A stretch of DNA of 64,000 nucleotides from an uncultured Gemmatimonadaceae bacterium (lineage in GTDB: Bacteria > Gemmatimonadota > Gemmatimonadetes > Gemmatimonadales > Gemmatimonadaceae): the NCBI GenBank assembly GCA_963790305.1, contig CAWBOC010000008.1, positions 64,001-128,000 on the forward strand. Direction: 5' to 3'. The position numbers and the translations under genes are program-made. Shown one piece after another: positions 9,113 through 20,095 of this stretch. Below the pieces are notes generated by a model. It saw nothing but the letters and a program-made list of their open reading frames with translations. It was not told where the DNA came from and ran no database searches. Each line of letters begins with the position of its first letter. Position 1 is the first letter of the stretch.

Positions 9113-11647
9113 TCAGCTGCCCAGGCGACGAATGGCCTGATCGAGTGCGTTACGCACGCGCGCTTCCTGCTCCGTCGCACGACGCGCTTGCAGTCTCGCG
9201 ATCGTCGAAGCGTCGCCGAGACGTCCGAGCGCGCCGGCGGCCGCGGCTCTGACGAACGGATCCTCGTCATCCAGGAGGGGATCGAGCTCCCGCACACTGG
9301 CGGTGTCGCCTCGGCTCCCATGCGCCGCGAGTGCATTGATCGCTGCAACCCGCCCAGGCCGCGCTCCCTCGCCGAGGTGCGCGACGATCAGCGCACGCGA
9401 CTCGGCGGAGCGAATGCGGGCCAGTCCTTCCAGGGCAGCCACCCGCGGAAGGTCTCGCCACTCCTCGCGACGAAGCATATCGCGCGCGATGTCGAGCGCC
9501 ATCGCGGAATCGACGCCGACGATCGCTCGCATCGCCGCGGCGCGAACCCACCACGAGCGGTCTCCCGTCGCGAGGGCGCGCAGCCGGTTCGCCGCGTCCC
9601 CATCCCCGGTCGCCTGAGCGAGCGCGAGCGCCGCCGCCTCGCGAACGCGCGTATCAGAATCTCGAGTGGCGGCCACCACGGTGGTGCGAGCCGAGTCCTG
9701 CTTCACGATCGCGCCGAGCGCTCCGACGGCACGGGCGCGAACCATCCACAGGGAATCCTCGCTCGCCGCGAGCGCGACCGCATTTCGCGCCTCCGCTTCG
9801 CGCTCCAGTCGCGGCGCCAATCCGTCGATCGCCTCGATGCGGCCGGTTACATCCGCATCGTGCGCGAGCTGCCAGGCGAGCATGGACGTCGGCCGCGGAA
9901 AGTCGGCGAGATCGAGCAGCCAATCGCCGGCATCCCATCGAATCGACCGTGGCGGCGCCGGAACAGGAATGACGACCGCGGTCGTCTGGCCGCGCACGGC
10001 CGCGACCTGCCTCACGATCCCACTGTCAGTGAGCACCTCGACGTCGACATCGGCGTGAAAGAGTCCGGTGAGCGTGTCGCGCGGCTGCACCTGCACGGCG
10101 GTCAGCGCGACTTCGTTTCGCGCGCTGTCGAACGCCCACGAGACTCGGAACGCCGGAACTCCCGCTCCATAGACCCATTGCGCGAAGAAGCGCGAGAGGT
10201 CGAGGCCGGACGATTCCTCGAGGGCACGTCGCAGATCGGCGCTGGTCACGCTCTGATAGGGATGCGCCCGGAGATAGCGATGGATGCCAGCCCGCAACGT
10301 GGAGTCGCCAAGAACGCGACGCAGCATCTGTAACACCGAGGCGCCGCGCGGGTAAATGTGGCCGCTGAAATACACCTCCGCCGGATCCGCGACCCAGCGC
10401 CCGTAGACGAGCGGGCGGCGATTCCGACGATCGGCGGCGATCGTTGCTTCGTGCGCGTCGCGCCGCTCGATTGCGCCCGCTGCCGTCCCGTGCGCTCGCT
10501 CAGTGAACAGCGCCTCCATGAAGACAGCGAATCCTTCCGAGAGCCATGCGTCGTCCCAATGACGCATCGTCACGTAATCGCCGAACCACATGTGCGCGAG
10601 CTCGTGCGCGACGAGCCCGTCGGAATTGGACCGAGGCTCCGCCCACGCGGGATGCAGGATCGCATCATCCGACATCGTGACGGCGGTGACGTTCTCCATG
10701 CCACCAAACACGAAATCGGGCGCGACGGACTGGTCGTACTTGGACCACGGGTAATGCAGCCCGGTCCACTGGCTGAAGAACTCGAGCGCCCGCGGGGTTC
10801 GACCGAAGCCGCGCCACGTCGCCTCGATCGAGTCTCGATAGGTCCAGTAGCCGAGCGAGACGTCGCGCCACCGATCGCGAAGCACGACATAGTCGCCGGT
10901 GACGACCGACATGAGGTACGTCGACGCTGGCTGATCGAGCCGCCAGTGCCATTCCATATCCCCGCCGGGCAGGCGACGCGTCCCGACGAGTCTGCCGTTC
11001 GAAAGGGCGCGCTCCTTCGCCGGGACGCGCACGAAGAATTCCCAGGTGGTCTTGTCGTAGAGACGATCGACCGTGGGAATCCAGTAGCGGGTGTCTTCCG
11101 CGAACCCTTGCGCCCACACGACGTGCCGGCGGTCGATGAAGTAGGCGCCCCGGGCGGGACGCACCGTCTCATAATCGACGGTGACTTCGACGAGGGTGTC
11201 CGCGGCGAGGGGCTCGGTGAGCCGAATACGGAGCACGGAGCCCTGGTGCGTGAAGCCTAACGCGCGGTCTCGATGCGTCACGCGCTGAATTCGCAGGTCG
11301 ACGGCGTCGAGTGTGATCTCGCTCAGCCGTCCCCGGCCGGGCGCCGCCGCGACCCGCAACGTCGTCGAGCCGACGACGGCACGACGCGTCCAGTCGAACT
11401 GCAAACGGACGATCTGATGCCGCAGATCCTGGGTGAGCTCGGGAACGACTGCCCGAAGCTCACCCGGCGGCGCTGCGCCCCATGTGATGAGCGGGAGCGG
11501 TTGAAAGGACGGCGGCTCGGGCGCCCGCGGCGCCACGGCAACGGTGTCGACGCGCGGCGACGGCGTGACGGGAACCGGAGCCGGCGACGGAGGTGGGCTC
11601 GCGCACGCCGTGACAACCACGGCCACGAATGGAACGGATCGACGCAT
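9113..11647 (-). CDS. M1 family aminopeptidase with C-terminal HEAT repeats, probable lipoprotein
   Basis: GGMEN exopeptidase motif, HELAH...E zinc motif, HEAT-like C-terminus. Confidence 0.92.
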   Translation of the reverse strand: MRRSVPFVAVVVTACASPPPSPAPVPVTPSPRVDTVAVAPRAPEPPSFQPLPLITWGAAPPGELRAVVPELTQDLRHQIVRLQFDWTRRAVVGSTTLRVAAAPGRGRLSEITLDAVDLRIQRVTHRDRALGFTHQGSVLRIRLTEPLAADTLVEVTVDYETVRPARGAYFIDRRHVVWAQGFAEDTRYWIPTVDRLYDKTTWEFFVRVPAKERALSNGRLVGTRRLPGGDMEWHWRLDQPASTYLMSVVTGDYVVLRDRWRDVSLGYWTYRDSIEATWRGFGRTPRALEFFSQWTGLHYPWSKYDQSVAPDFVFGGMENVTAVTMSDDAILHPAWAEPRSNSDGLVAHELAHMWFGDYVTMRHWDDAWLSEGFAVFMEALFTERAHGTAAGAIERRDAHEATIAADRRNRRPLVYGRWVADPAEVYFSGHIYPRGASVLQMLRRVLGDSTLRAGIHRYLRAHPYQSVTSADLRRALEESSGLDLSRFFAQWVYGAGVPAFRVSWAFDSARNEVALTAVQVQPRDTLTGLFHADVDVEVLTDSGIVRQVAAVRGQTTAVVIPVPAPPRSIRWDAGDWLLDLADFPRPTSMLAWQLAHDADVTGRIEAIDGLAPRLEREAEARNAVALAASEDSLWMVRARAVGALGAIVKQDSARTTVVAATRDSDTRVREAAALALAQATGDGDAANRLRALATGDRSWWVRAAAMRAIVGVDSAMALDIARDMLRREEWRDLPRVAALEGLARIRSAESRALIVAHLGEGARPGRVAAINALAAHGSRGDTASVRELDPLLDDEDPFVRAAAAGALGRLGDASTIARLQARRATEQEARVRNALDQAIRRLGS

Positions 11648-11744
11648 GCTCAGCGGGTCGCGAAGAAACGCGCGCGAGCGCGCGCAATTGATGCGGCCCG
11701 CGGCGCGGGCTGGTGGTATATACCGCGCGACTCGGGCCAGGGGA

Positions 11745-12168
11745 ATGATGCGACAGGGAATGACACTCGATCGAGACCGTGGTCGTGCTCTCGATCATCG
11801 CGATGGTGATGGCCACCGCGGTGCCGACACTCGCGCGAATGCGTGATGGCATCGCGGTGCGGAACGCGGCGGCCGAAGCGGTGTCGGCATTCGCCATCGC
11901 TCGCCGCTCCGCCATCCTCCGGGAAGCCACCGCCGCACTCGGCGTCGACCGACCGCCGGGATTCATTACGGTGACCGCGGCCGGCGAGCTGCTCCTGCAA
12001 CGCAACCTGGAAGGAAGCTACGGCGTCACGCTCTCATCGACGCGCGACTCCACCGCCTACTCTCCGCTGGGTCACGGCTTCGGCGCAGCCAACCTGAGCC
12101 TCGTGATCGCGCGGGGCGCGGTGGCCGAGACGATCTTTGTGTCGCGGGAAGGGAGGGTGCGGAGGTAG
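11745..12168 (+). CDS. Prepilin-type (GspH/FimT-like) protein, +1 frameshift near 11769
   Basis: Removing one base gives the prepilin cleavage motif MRQG|MTLIETVVVLSII. Confidence 0.7.
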
Positions 12169-12175
12169 CGGGCCG

Positions 12176-12281
12176 AACGGCAGAACCACGGAGGCACAGA
12201 GGGCACTGAGGAACGGCGAACTGCTGAGCGAGCAGTTCGCCGTTTCCTCAGTGCCCTCTGTGCCTCTGTGGTTCGCCGTTG
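12176..12281. repeat. Palindrome with GCACAGAGG-type arms between convergent genes
   Basis: AACCACGGAGGCACAGAGGGCACTGAGG...CCTCAGTGCCCTCTGTGCCTCTGTGGTT; related to 20420-20525. Confidence 0.85.
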
Positions 12282-12294
12282 TTTCCTGCGCTAC

Positions 12295-13456
12295 TTAATC
12301 GGCCGCGACAGTCCCGAAATCGTACCCCGGCACCGAAATTCTCGGAATCGGCGTGCCGAGCACGCGCTCGATCGTTCGCACCATCCCGATCTCGTCGGGC
12401 GACATGAACGTGAACGCGTCGCCCGTCGCCGCGGCGCGGCCGGTGCGGCCGATGCGGTGCACGTAGTCCTCCGGACGCTGCGGCACGTCGTAGTTGATGA
12501 CGTGTGAGATCCCGGCGATGTCGAGCCCGCGCTGCGCGATGTCGGTCGCGACGAGCACGCGGATCTTTCCTTCCCTGAAGCCCTCGAGCGCCTGCATGCG
12601 CTGCGACTGAGCTCTTGTCGGCGTGCATGGCCGATGCGTCGATTCCCGCGCGCTCGAGATGGCGCACCAGTCGGTCGGCGCCATGCTTCGTCCGCGTGAA
12701 GACGAGCACCGAGTCCATCTCCGGCCGCTTCAGCAGCTCGGCGAGGAGTGCGCTCTTCCGCTCGCGCGGCACGGGATAGACCGCGTGCGTCACCGTGTCG
12801 ACCGCCTGCGTGCGGAGACCGACCTGAACGACGAGCGGCTTGCGAAGATATTTGCGGGCGAGCGCTTCGACTTCGGGAGGCATCGTCGCGCTGAAGAGCA
12901 GCGTCTGACGGTAGGGCGGAACGTCGCGCACGATCTGGTTGATCTGCGGCGCGAATCCCATGTCGAGCATCCGGTCGGCCTCGTCGAGGACCAGCACTTC
13001 GAGATCGTCGAACACCAGGTTCTGTCGCTCGAGGTGGTCGATCAGGCGGCCTGGCGTCGCGACTACGACGTCGACCCCGCGGCGAAGCGCCGTCTCCTGG
13101 GGTCCAAGCGCGACGCCACCGAAGATCTCCGCGACCCGGAGGCCGCTGTGGCGTCCATACTTCTCGAAGCTCTCGCGAACCTGGGCCGCGAGCTCGCGCG
13201 TTGGGGTGAGAATGAGGGCCCTAAGTCGCCGGGGGCCGCCAAGAAGGCGTTGGACGATCGGGAGCGTGAATGCGGCGGTCTTGCCGGTACCTGTCTGGGC
13301 CAGCCCGATCAGGTCTCGCCCCTTGAGGGCGAGGGGGATCGCCTGCGCCTGAATTGGCGTCGGGTCCCGGTACCCCGCGTCGCGAATGGCGTCGATCAGC
13401 TCTGGCGCGAGGCCGAGCAGCTCGAATGCGGGGAGCGTTTCAATTGTCGTTTGCAT
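12295..13456 (-). CDS. rhlE: DEAD-box RNA helicase, RhlE-like; frameshift near 12610
   Basis: Q motif, AQTGTGKT, DEAD and SAT in one frame; YVHRIGRTGRA in the second. Confidence 0.85.
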
Positions 13457-13740
13457 GTCACCTACTGCGCCGGGTCCGCTCGACTCCGGGGTGCGTGCCC
13501 CGGGACCGGCGCGCCTTCAGCCGCGCCATGCTGGCGCGCACCGGAGGTGGAAATTTTCGGAAGGGCAGCGAAATGTGCGGCTCTTCAGCGAGCCAATGTC
13601 CCGAGCGGCTGGAATCGGCTCCACGGCAACGCTCAGGGCGCCCCGTGCATCAAATGTAAGTACATCAATGATCTAGCGCCACCGACCCCGCGACTCTAAT
13701 GTGAGCCTCTGGTCGAAACCTGCGGGGCGAGGTTACGGTA

Positions 13741-14319
13741 GTGCTACCGGAACCCAGCGTTTGTGTGGAGGACGACGTGCAATTCGAATACGTCATATTG
13801 ATCGAGCAGCAGACCGCTGCCGAAGCGAGAGCGCAAGCACGCGCGGAGGCTCAGGAGGCCGCCGCGCAGGCGCGAGCCGAGGCACAGGCCGCCGCAGCGG
13901 AAGCGAGGGAGCAAGCGCGTATCGCCGTGGAGCAGGTGCAGCGGGATGTCCAGCGGCAGATCCAGGACCAGGTTCAGCAGCGGATCCACGTGGAGCAGGG
14001 GCAAGGTCCAGACATTGTCGTCGGGCGGGGCTTCCCACCACCCTGGGAGCGCAATGACATCCCGCCGCGCGTGGTCGACGTGATCACGCTGTTCGTCGTG
14101 GCGATGGTGATCTGCATCGTCGGTCTCCCCATCGCGCGTGCCGTGGGTCGCTGGATCGATCGACGCGGCTCGCCGCCCGCGGTGAGTGCGGAGCTCGCTG
14201 CCCAGATGACTCGCATCGAGCAGGCGGTCGATACGATGTCGGTGGAGGTGGAGCGGATCTCGGAGGCGCAGCGGTTCCAGGCGAAGCTGCTCTCGGATCG
14301 GGAGAAGGTGAGAGCCTAA
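13741..14319 (+). CDS. Hypothetical single-pass membrane protein with coiled coils
   Basis: Ala/Gln/Glu-rich helix, one TM segment, C-terminal coil; start uncertain. Confidence 0.65.
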   Translation: MLPEPSVCVEDDVQFEYVILIEQQTAAEARAQARAEAQEAAAQARAEAQAAAAEAREQARIAVEQVQRDVQRQIQDQVQQRIHVEQGQGPDIVVGRGFPPPWERNDIPPRVVDVITLFVVAMVICIVGLPIARAVGRWIDRRGSPPAVSAELAAQMTRIEQAVDTMSVEVERISEAQRFQAKLLSDREKVRA

Positions 14320-14326
14320 CGACGAA

Positions 14327-14451
14327 GCGCTAGAGGCGCTAGAGGCGCTAGAGGCGCTGATGAACAACAGGGCTGCCACCGATCGCAGCCAGCGCTTCTT
14401 TTTTCAGCGCCTCTAGCGCCTCCAGCGCCTCTAGCGCCTTTAGCGCCTCTA
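14327..14451. repeat. Palindrome of tandem 9-mers (GCGCTAGAG)n/(CTCTAGCGC)n
   Basis: Read directly; same family at 58071-58164. Confidence 0.9.
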
Positions 14452-14667
14452 CTTCCACGCCCCCGTTTCACGCAGCTGCGGAATCGACTGACGCGGAATC
14501 GAGACCATGCCGTCACACTCCATGCACACGTCGACCAGGACGTTCGGGACACGGAGCCGCGTGCCGGGCATGTGCACGGTGCGGACTTCATAGCGAGTGC
14601 GCACGATCTTGCGGCACGCGCGACACGAGCTGGACGACACGTCCCCAGCCTGGAACAGCGCTTTCAC
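14449..14667 (-). CDS. Small zinc-finger protein, YgiT/MqsA-N-type
   Basis: CRAC...VPNVLVDVCMECD; GTG start after AGAGG. Confidence 0.6.
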   Translation of the reverse strand: MKALFQAGDVSSSSCRACRKIVRTRYEVRTVHMPGTRLRVPNVLVDVCMECDGMVSIPRQSIPQLRETGAWK

Positions 14668-14827
14668 GGAGCACCTCTCTGTTAGTGAAGACGGAATGAA
14701 CCGAACGACATCATTCTGCGTTTCCGTCTGTATGACACTACGAGAGACGCGCGGGGTTTGTGTCAGCAACGCGACTTCACCAAACCAATACAGTTGCGAC
14801 TAAAACGCTGACGTATGGCGGCCTAAC

Positions 14828-14960
14828 GAGGGGTCAGGAGTCAGGGGTCAGGAATCAGGGGGGCTCAGGGAAGAGGTGCCAGGGGAGCAACGCTGTTCAT
14901 CTCCTACAACCCATTCCCCGACACCCCCTGATCCCTGATCCCTGACTCCTGATACCTCGT
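14828..14960. repeat. Palindrome of 7-mer tandem arms (GGGGTCA/GGAGTCA)n
   Basis: Same arm type as 16913-17065 and 54108-54259. Confidence 0.85.
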
Positions 14961-16136
14961 TCAAACGATATTGATCTGGCGCCCGGCAAAACGTCCAATG
15001 AGCCCAAGCCGGAACGTCACGTCGCTCCATCGCTCTTCGCCGGCGTGCTGCGATTCGAGCGGAAACGATGGCCACACGAGCGCATTGGTCGAGCGCGGCA
15101 TCGCCAGGCCCTTGTGGGGATGCCAGACGCCGTGCTCATCGCGGTCGTCGAGGAACCGGTCGTAGAGCTTCGCCCACCCCTCGTGCCGTCGCAGATATCC
15201 CATGCGGCTCGCGATCTCGAGCCAGGTGAGCGCCCACGGGACATCGGCGTCCGCCGCGTTCCGGTGCGGGAGGGGATCGCCCATCAGCAGATGCGGCTGG
15301 GGGACGATCTTTTCGCCGAAGAGCCGAGCCGGCGTCTGGCGGGGCATCGGCTGGGAGAGGAACTGGAAGAGGCGCTCCATCACATCATAGTGCTCGCTCC
15401 GGAACAGCGGCATGAAGGCCAGCATGACCAGGGTGTGGAAGGACGGCGGCAAGGCCTCGGGGGCGAGCACCTGCTGGTTGCCCGCGCGCACCCATGGCTT
15501 CTGCGCGAATGGCGACCGGAGGTACAGGTAGAGGCGATCGACGATCCGCCGCGCGGCCCCGCGGAGCCGCGGGTCCGACTCGTACCCTGCCTGGGCGAGG
15601 GCGGAGGCGGCGGCTTCGCGGAGCGTCGTGCGCCCGGTGCGGATCACTTGGGGATCGGCCCGACCCTTCGCAGGCGCCAACTCGAACAAAAACGCCGGAT
15701 CCTCGTCCTCGGCAAGCAGTCGAAACAGGATCCGGCGGGCGCGCATGAGCGGGGGGGATTCCTTCTCCCACCCGTACTCGAGCAACCTTCGCGTGGCGGT
15801 AATGGTGCCTACGCCCTCGAATCCATGGGCGCGCCCCGATGGGATCTCGAGCATGGACCCGCCCCACGTCCCGTCGAGCTGCTGAGCGAGCGCGAGCGAG
15901 AGCGCCGGGACGTAGGTATATGGAAGGGTTCCGATCCGGCGAATTTCCTGCGCAGGTAGCCGCGCTACGTCGATGGTGGCGCGATACTGTATTGGTGCAC
16001 TCGCGTGATCGAGCAGCCAGCCGAGTGGGAAGTCGACCGCTGCTCCGATGGGGAGCAGCGATGGCGGCAACGGCGTCTGAGACGGGGGAGGAGCGGGCGG
16101 CGGTTCTGGCAGGCCAGGCGTGATCGGATCGGTCAC
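14961..16136 (-). CDS. Hypothetical protein, possibly a terpene-cyclase/prenyltransferase-like alpha barrel
   Basis: 391-aa ORF with QQLDGTW and RDEHGVW repeats resembling QW motifs. Confidence 0.6.
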   Translation of the reverse strand: MTDPITPGLPEPPPAPPPSQTPLPPSLLPIGAAVDFPLGWLLDHASAPIQYRATIDVARLPAQEIRRIGTLPYTYVPALSLALAQQLDGTWGGSMLEIPSGRAHGFEGVGTITATRRLLEYGWEKESPPLMRARRILFRLLAEDEDPAFLFELAPAKGRADPQVIRTGRTTLREAAASALAQAGYESDPRLRGAARRIVDRLYLYLRSPFAQKPWVRAGNQQVLAPEALPPSFHTLVMLAFMPLFRSEHYDVMERLFQFLSQPMPRQTPARLFGEKIVPQPHLLMGDPLPHRNAADADVPWALTWLEIASRMGYLRRHEGWAKLYDRFLDDRDEHGVWHPHKGLAMPRSTNALVWPSFPLESQHAGEERWSDVTFRLGLIGRFAGRQINIV

Positions 16137-16367
16137 GGGCGGCGCTCATCAATCAAGTCGTTGTCAGACAACGCGGTGGAACTCGGGCGGTAAGGATAGC
16201 ACTTTTCCGGCCGCGCGCTAGGACATGCGCGCGGACGAGGGCCGCCAGACAAACCCGTTGACCCCCGCCAGAAGGGCCTGCCTGGCTTCTTAACGTTCGG
16301 GCGGGGTCGGCGTCTACCATTCGCAACGGGGCCTCGGAGGAAAGTCGGCCCACTCACCAATGGAGGA

Positions 16368-16910
16368 GTGAAGTCCATGATTCGAAAGCACATTGTCGTT
16401 CTCGGAGCCGCCATTGCAATGTTCGCGGCGAGTGAGGCGACTGCTCAGGCACCGGCGCAGACGGATTCGGCGCGCCGGCAGGGCGAGCTCCGCCGCGGCG
16501 ACCGTGCCCGCGGAGACCGCGGCAAGATGCGCCAGGCGGGAGCGCGCGGGCTCTTCCGCGGCATCGACCTGACGCAGGCGCAGCGCGACCAGATCAAGAC
16601 CGTCAACGAGAAGTATCACGCGCAGTTCCAGACGATTCGGGAGTCGCTGAAGCCCGATCTCAAGGCGGCGCAGGAAGCGCGTCAGCGTGGTGACACGGTG
16701 GCGGCGCGTGCGGCCTTCGAGCGCACCAAGCCTGCTCGCGACCGGATCGAGGCGCTGATGCAGCAGCAGCGCACGGAAGTGCGGGCGTTGCTCACGGCCG
16801 AGCAGCAGCAGACGTTCGACTCCAATGTTGCTCAGATGAAGGAGCGGATGGAGAAGCGCGGTGGCGATCGCCAGAAGGGCGAGGGCCGTAAAGGGCGTCG
16901 CGGCCGCTGA
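16368..16910 (+). CDS. Spy/CpxP family periplasmic chaperone
   Basis: Signal peptide; two LTxxQ motifs (LTQAQ, LTAEQ). Confidence 0.85.
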   Translation: MKSMIRKHIVVLGAAIAMFAASEATAQAPAQTDSARRQGELRRGDRARGDRGKMRQAGARGLFRGIDLTQAQRDQIKTVNEKYHAQFQTIRESLKPDLKAAQEARQRGDTVAARAAFERTKPARDRIEALMQQQRTEVRALLTAEQQQTFDSNVAQMKERMEKRGGDRQKGEGRKGRRGR

Positions 16911-16912
16911 AC

Positions 16913-17065
16913 TAGGGGTCAGGAGTCAGGAGTCAGGAATCAGGGGTGGAAGGGCAAACGGCCGCGCAGCGCGCGGCCGTTTGCTCATCTGATGAGGGCC
17001 GCACGCGCGAAGCGCGGCGGCCCCTTTCCTTCCCTGACCCCTGAGTCCTGACTCCTGACCCCTAG
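16913..17065. repeat. Multi-hairpin dispersed element, copy 1
   Basis: Close homolog of 54108-54259. Confidence 0.9.
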
Positions 17066-17111
17066 CAGGTGTTGCCCCTGCACCGCCGGCCCGGTCATCT
17101 TCCTGCGCAGA

Positions 17112-19173
17112 ATGATTCAGAGTCTGCTTACCCGCCCCGTCTCGAAAGTCCCCGACCGCGTCCGGTTCGACGGGCGTGTGCTGTTCCTTACCGAAGACCC
17201 TGCCCTTCTCCGGCGGCAGCTCGCTGGCGAAGACCTCCCGTTCGACCCGACTGCACCGGTAGGCTCGCGGCCGCACCCCAAGCTGCGCGACAATATCTCG
17301 ACCGACGAGATCACGCCGGCCTACATCTGCTACTACTTCGACGAGACCCTCGGCGACTTCCCGTACCTGGGGCTCAAGGCGGGCGAGGAGTTTCCGATCG
17401 TCCGCGGATCGGTCAAGTCGGGCGGATTCGTGTGCTCGGTGTCAGGGCAAGCGGCGCGGCAAAGGCTCGTCGCGTGAGCAGTCCCCGTACGCGGAGATGA
17501 TGGCGGGAATCCGGCTGGTGATCGCCGAGAACATCGAGCGGATCTACCGGGAGAATTGCCAGAACCTCGGCGTCTTCACGTCGACCGATCTCTCGCTCAT
17601 CGAGCGCGTCCGCCGCGGCGACGAGATCGCGCTCGAGGAGTTCACGCGCGGCGAAGGCGACATCTCGAGGGGCATCATCGAGTACGGCGGCCTGTTCAAC
17701 TACAACGTCGCGCGGCTGCAGGGAAAGGCGACGGTGCCGACCGTCACGACGAAGCCGCGCCCGATGACGATCGCCGAGAAGATCTTCGCCCGGCACTGGG
17801 TGGTCGATGCGGCGAAGGGGAAGACGGGAGTGCCCGCGGTGCAGGCCGGCGACCAGGGGTTCGTGCGCACCGACATTCGCTTCTCGCACGAGTACGTGAC
17901 GCCGATGGCGGCGATCTTCTTCGAGGAGCTGGTCGGGAAGGACGAGCCGGTGAACGATCCAGCATCGGTCTTTCTCTTCCGCGACCACCTCACGTTCCTC
18001 GACCAGGTGATGCGACCCGAGCACGTGGAGATGGGACTGCTCGACGTCGCCAATCAGCTCGAGAAGACGCAGCGGGAGTTCGCGGCGGCCAAGGGGATCA
18101 AGCTGTACGGGCAGCTCGATCAGCGCCTCAATCTGCATGGGGCGCTGTCCGCGGCGGGATCGGAGGCGATCTGCCACTCGAAGATTCTCGAGGCGCACGC
18201 GCTTCCCGGGCACATCATCATCGGCAGCGACTCCCACACTCCGCACGCGGGTGCGGTCGGCTGCGTCGCATTCGGCGTGGGCACGACGGCGATCTTCAAC
18301 TCGTGGATCACGAAGGACGTGCGCGTGGAGGTACCGCGCTCGTTCAAGGTGATCGTCCGCGGCGAGAAGCCGGAGAACGTGACGGCGAAGGATTTCATGC
18401 TCGAGATCCTGCGCCACCCGTACATCAAGGATGGTCACGCGATCGGCCAGATCATCGAGTACGCCGGTGAGGCCGTCGAATCGCTCTCGGTCGACGAGCG
18501 CGCGACGATGACCAACATGGCGGCCGAAGTGGGCGCCTTCACCGGAATCATCGCGCCCGACGAGAAGACGGTCGAGTATCTGGTGGGACAACGCGGAATG
18601 CGGAGTGTGGAAGTCCGTGAATTGATGAAGGGCCTGACATCCGATCCGGGTGCCGATTACGTGAAGATCATCGAGATCGACGCCTCGTCGCTCAAGCCGA
18701 TGATCGCGCTCCCCGGAGATCCCGGGAACGGGCTGTACGTCGAGGAGCTCGGGCGGGAGGTGCCGGTCGACATCGCGTATGCCGGCTCGTGCACCGCGGG
18801 CAAGAAGGAGGACATGGACATGTACGCTCGTGTCTTCCAGGAAGCGCTCGACCGCGGGGAGACGGTCAAGGTTCGCACGTACATTCAGTGCGGCTCGCGC
18901 GAGGTCTTCGAGTACTGCCAGGAGCGCGGCTACGACGAGGTGTTCGCCAACGTCGGCGCCATCTTCGTGGAGCCGTCGTGCGGCGCCTGCATCAACGCCG
19001 GCCCCGGCGTCTCGCGCACGCGCGACGAAGTCACCATCTCGGCGATCAACCGCAACTTTCCGGGACGGTCTGGTCCCGGCCAGCTGTACCTCGCGTCCCC
19101 GTTTACGGTGGCGGCGTCGGCCGTGGCTGGAAAGATCGTCGAGTGGCGGCCCGCAGTAATGGCTGGAAAGTAG
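17112..19173 (+). CDS. Aconitase-family hydratase with N-terminal swivel domain fused to the large subunit; frameshift near 17450
   Basis: NISTDEI and GSSRE-like swivel motifs; DSHT, GSCT, SCGAC and NRNFPGR. Confidence 0.85.
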
Positions 19174-19236
19174 GAATGCGGAATACGGAATGCGGATTCA
19201 GCTTTGCGCAGCATCCGCATTGCGCATTCCGCATTC
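19174..19236. repeat. Palindrome of (GGAATGC)n 7-mers right after a stop codon
   Basis: GAATGCGGAATACGGAATGCGGAT...ATCCGCATTGCGCATTCCGCATTC. Confidence 0.8.
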
Positions 19237-19255
19237 TGACAATGGACCTCACCTC

Positions 19256-20077
19256 GTGAGAGGAGAGTTCCTCGATCTCTCCGGCGCCCGCCTCTACTAC
19301 TACGCCGCGGGATCGCGCGGCGACGGGGATCCCGTTCTCTTCCTGCACGGGTTTCCCACGTCATCGCATCTCTGGCAGGACGTCGTCCCCCACGTGCCAC
19401 CCGGGCACCGTGTCGTCGTCGTCGATCTTCTCGGCTTCGGGCGCAGTGATTTTCCGCGCAGCCGGGACGTCAGCATCCGCGGGCACGCGGAGCGAGTTCT
19501 GCAGATGCTCGACGCGCTGCGCATCGAGCGCGCGGCCATCGTCGGTCATGACGTGGGAGGTGGGATCGCACAGTATCTCGCGATCCGCCATCCGACGCGG
19601 GTCACCCGGCTCGCGCTCATCGATTCGGTGGCGTTCGATGATTGGCTCACGCGCGACGTGAAGTTGGCGAAGGCCTCCTTGCCGCTCACGCGTTATTTGC
19701 CGGCGACGTGGATTCTTTCCGTCGTTCAGCGGGATTTGCTGCGCGGCTACACCGAGCACGAGCGCGGCCACATGTCGGTCGAGAAGTATCTGCGCCCCTT
19801 CGCGACGCCCGATGGCCGTGACGCATTCGTGGAGCACCTGCTGGCGCTCGACGTCAGTGAGACTGCCGCGCTTGCTCCGCGGTTAAGCAGTGTGGTCGCA
19901 CCGACCGCGATCATCTGGGGCGCGCACGATCCCTTCCTGCCCACCGAGCTCGGCCGGCGCCTACAGGCGGCGATACCGCACGCCACGCTGGATGTGCTGC
20001 CCGACGTCAGGCATTTCGCGCCGGAAGAAGCGCCGGAAACAGTCGGTCGTGTGCTCGCTGGCTGGCTTGCCCGATAA
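19256..20077 (+). CDS. Alpha/beta hydrolase, epoxide hydrolase/dehalogenase-like
   Basis: HGFP, GHDVGG (Asp nucleophile), C-terminal RHFAPEE. Confidence 0.88.
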   Translation: MRGEFLDLSGARLYYYAAGSRGDGDPVLFLHGFPTSSHLWQDVVPHVPPGHRVVVVDLLGFGRSDFPRSRDVSIRGHAERVLQMLDALRIERAAIVGHDVGGGIAQYLAIRHPTRVTRLALIDSVAFDDWLTRDVKLAKASLPLTRYLPATWILSVVQRDLLRGYTEHERGHMSVEKYLRPFATPDGRDAFVEHLLALDVSETAALAPRLSSVVAPTAIIWGAHDPFLPTELGRRLQAAIPHATLDVLPDVRHFAPEEAPETVGRVLAGWLAR

Positions 20078-20095
20078 ACGACCTCTCTCCTGACC

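Noticed and set aside
14449..14667. Toxin-antitoxin module around the YgiT-type zinc finger
   Set aside because: There is no HTH and no adjacent toxin ORF
16985..17030. CTGATGAG followed by a hairpin resembles a hammerhead ribozyme core (also ~54180)
   Set aside because: No GAAA follows the stem (it reads CTTTCC), and CTGATGAG is part of the palindrome CTCATC-T-GATGAG
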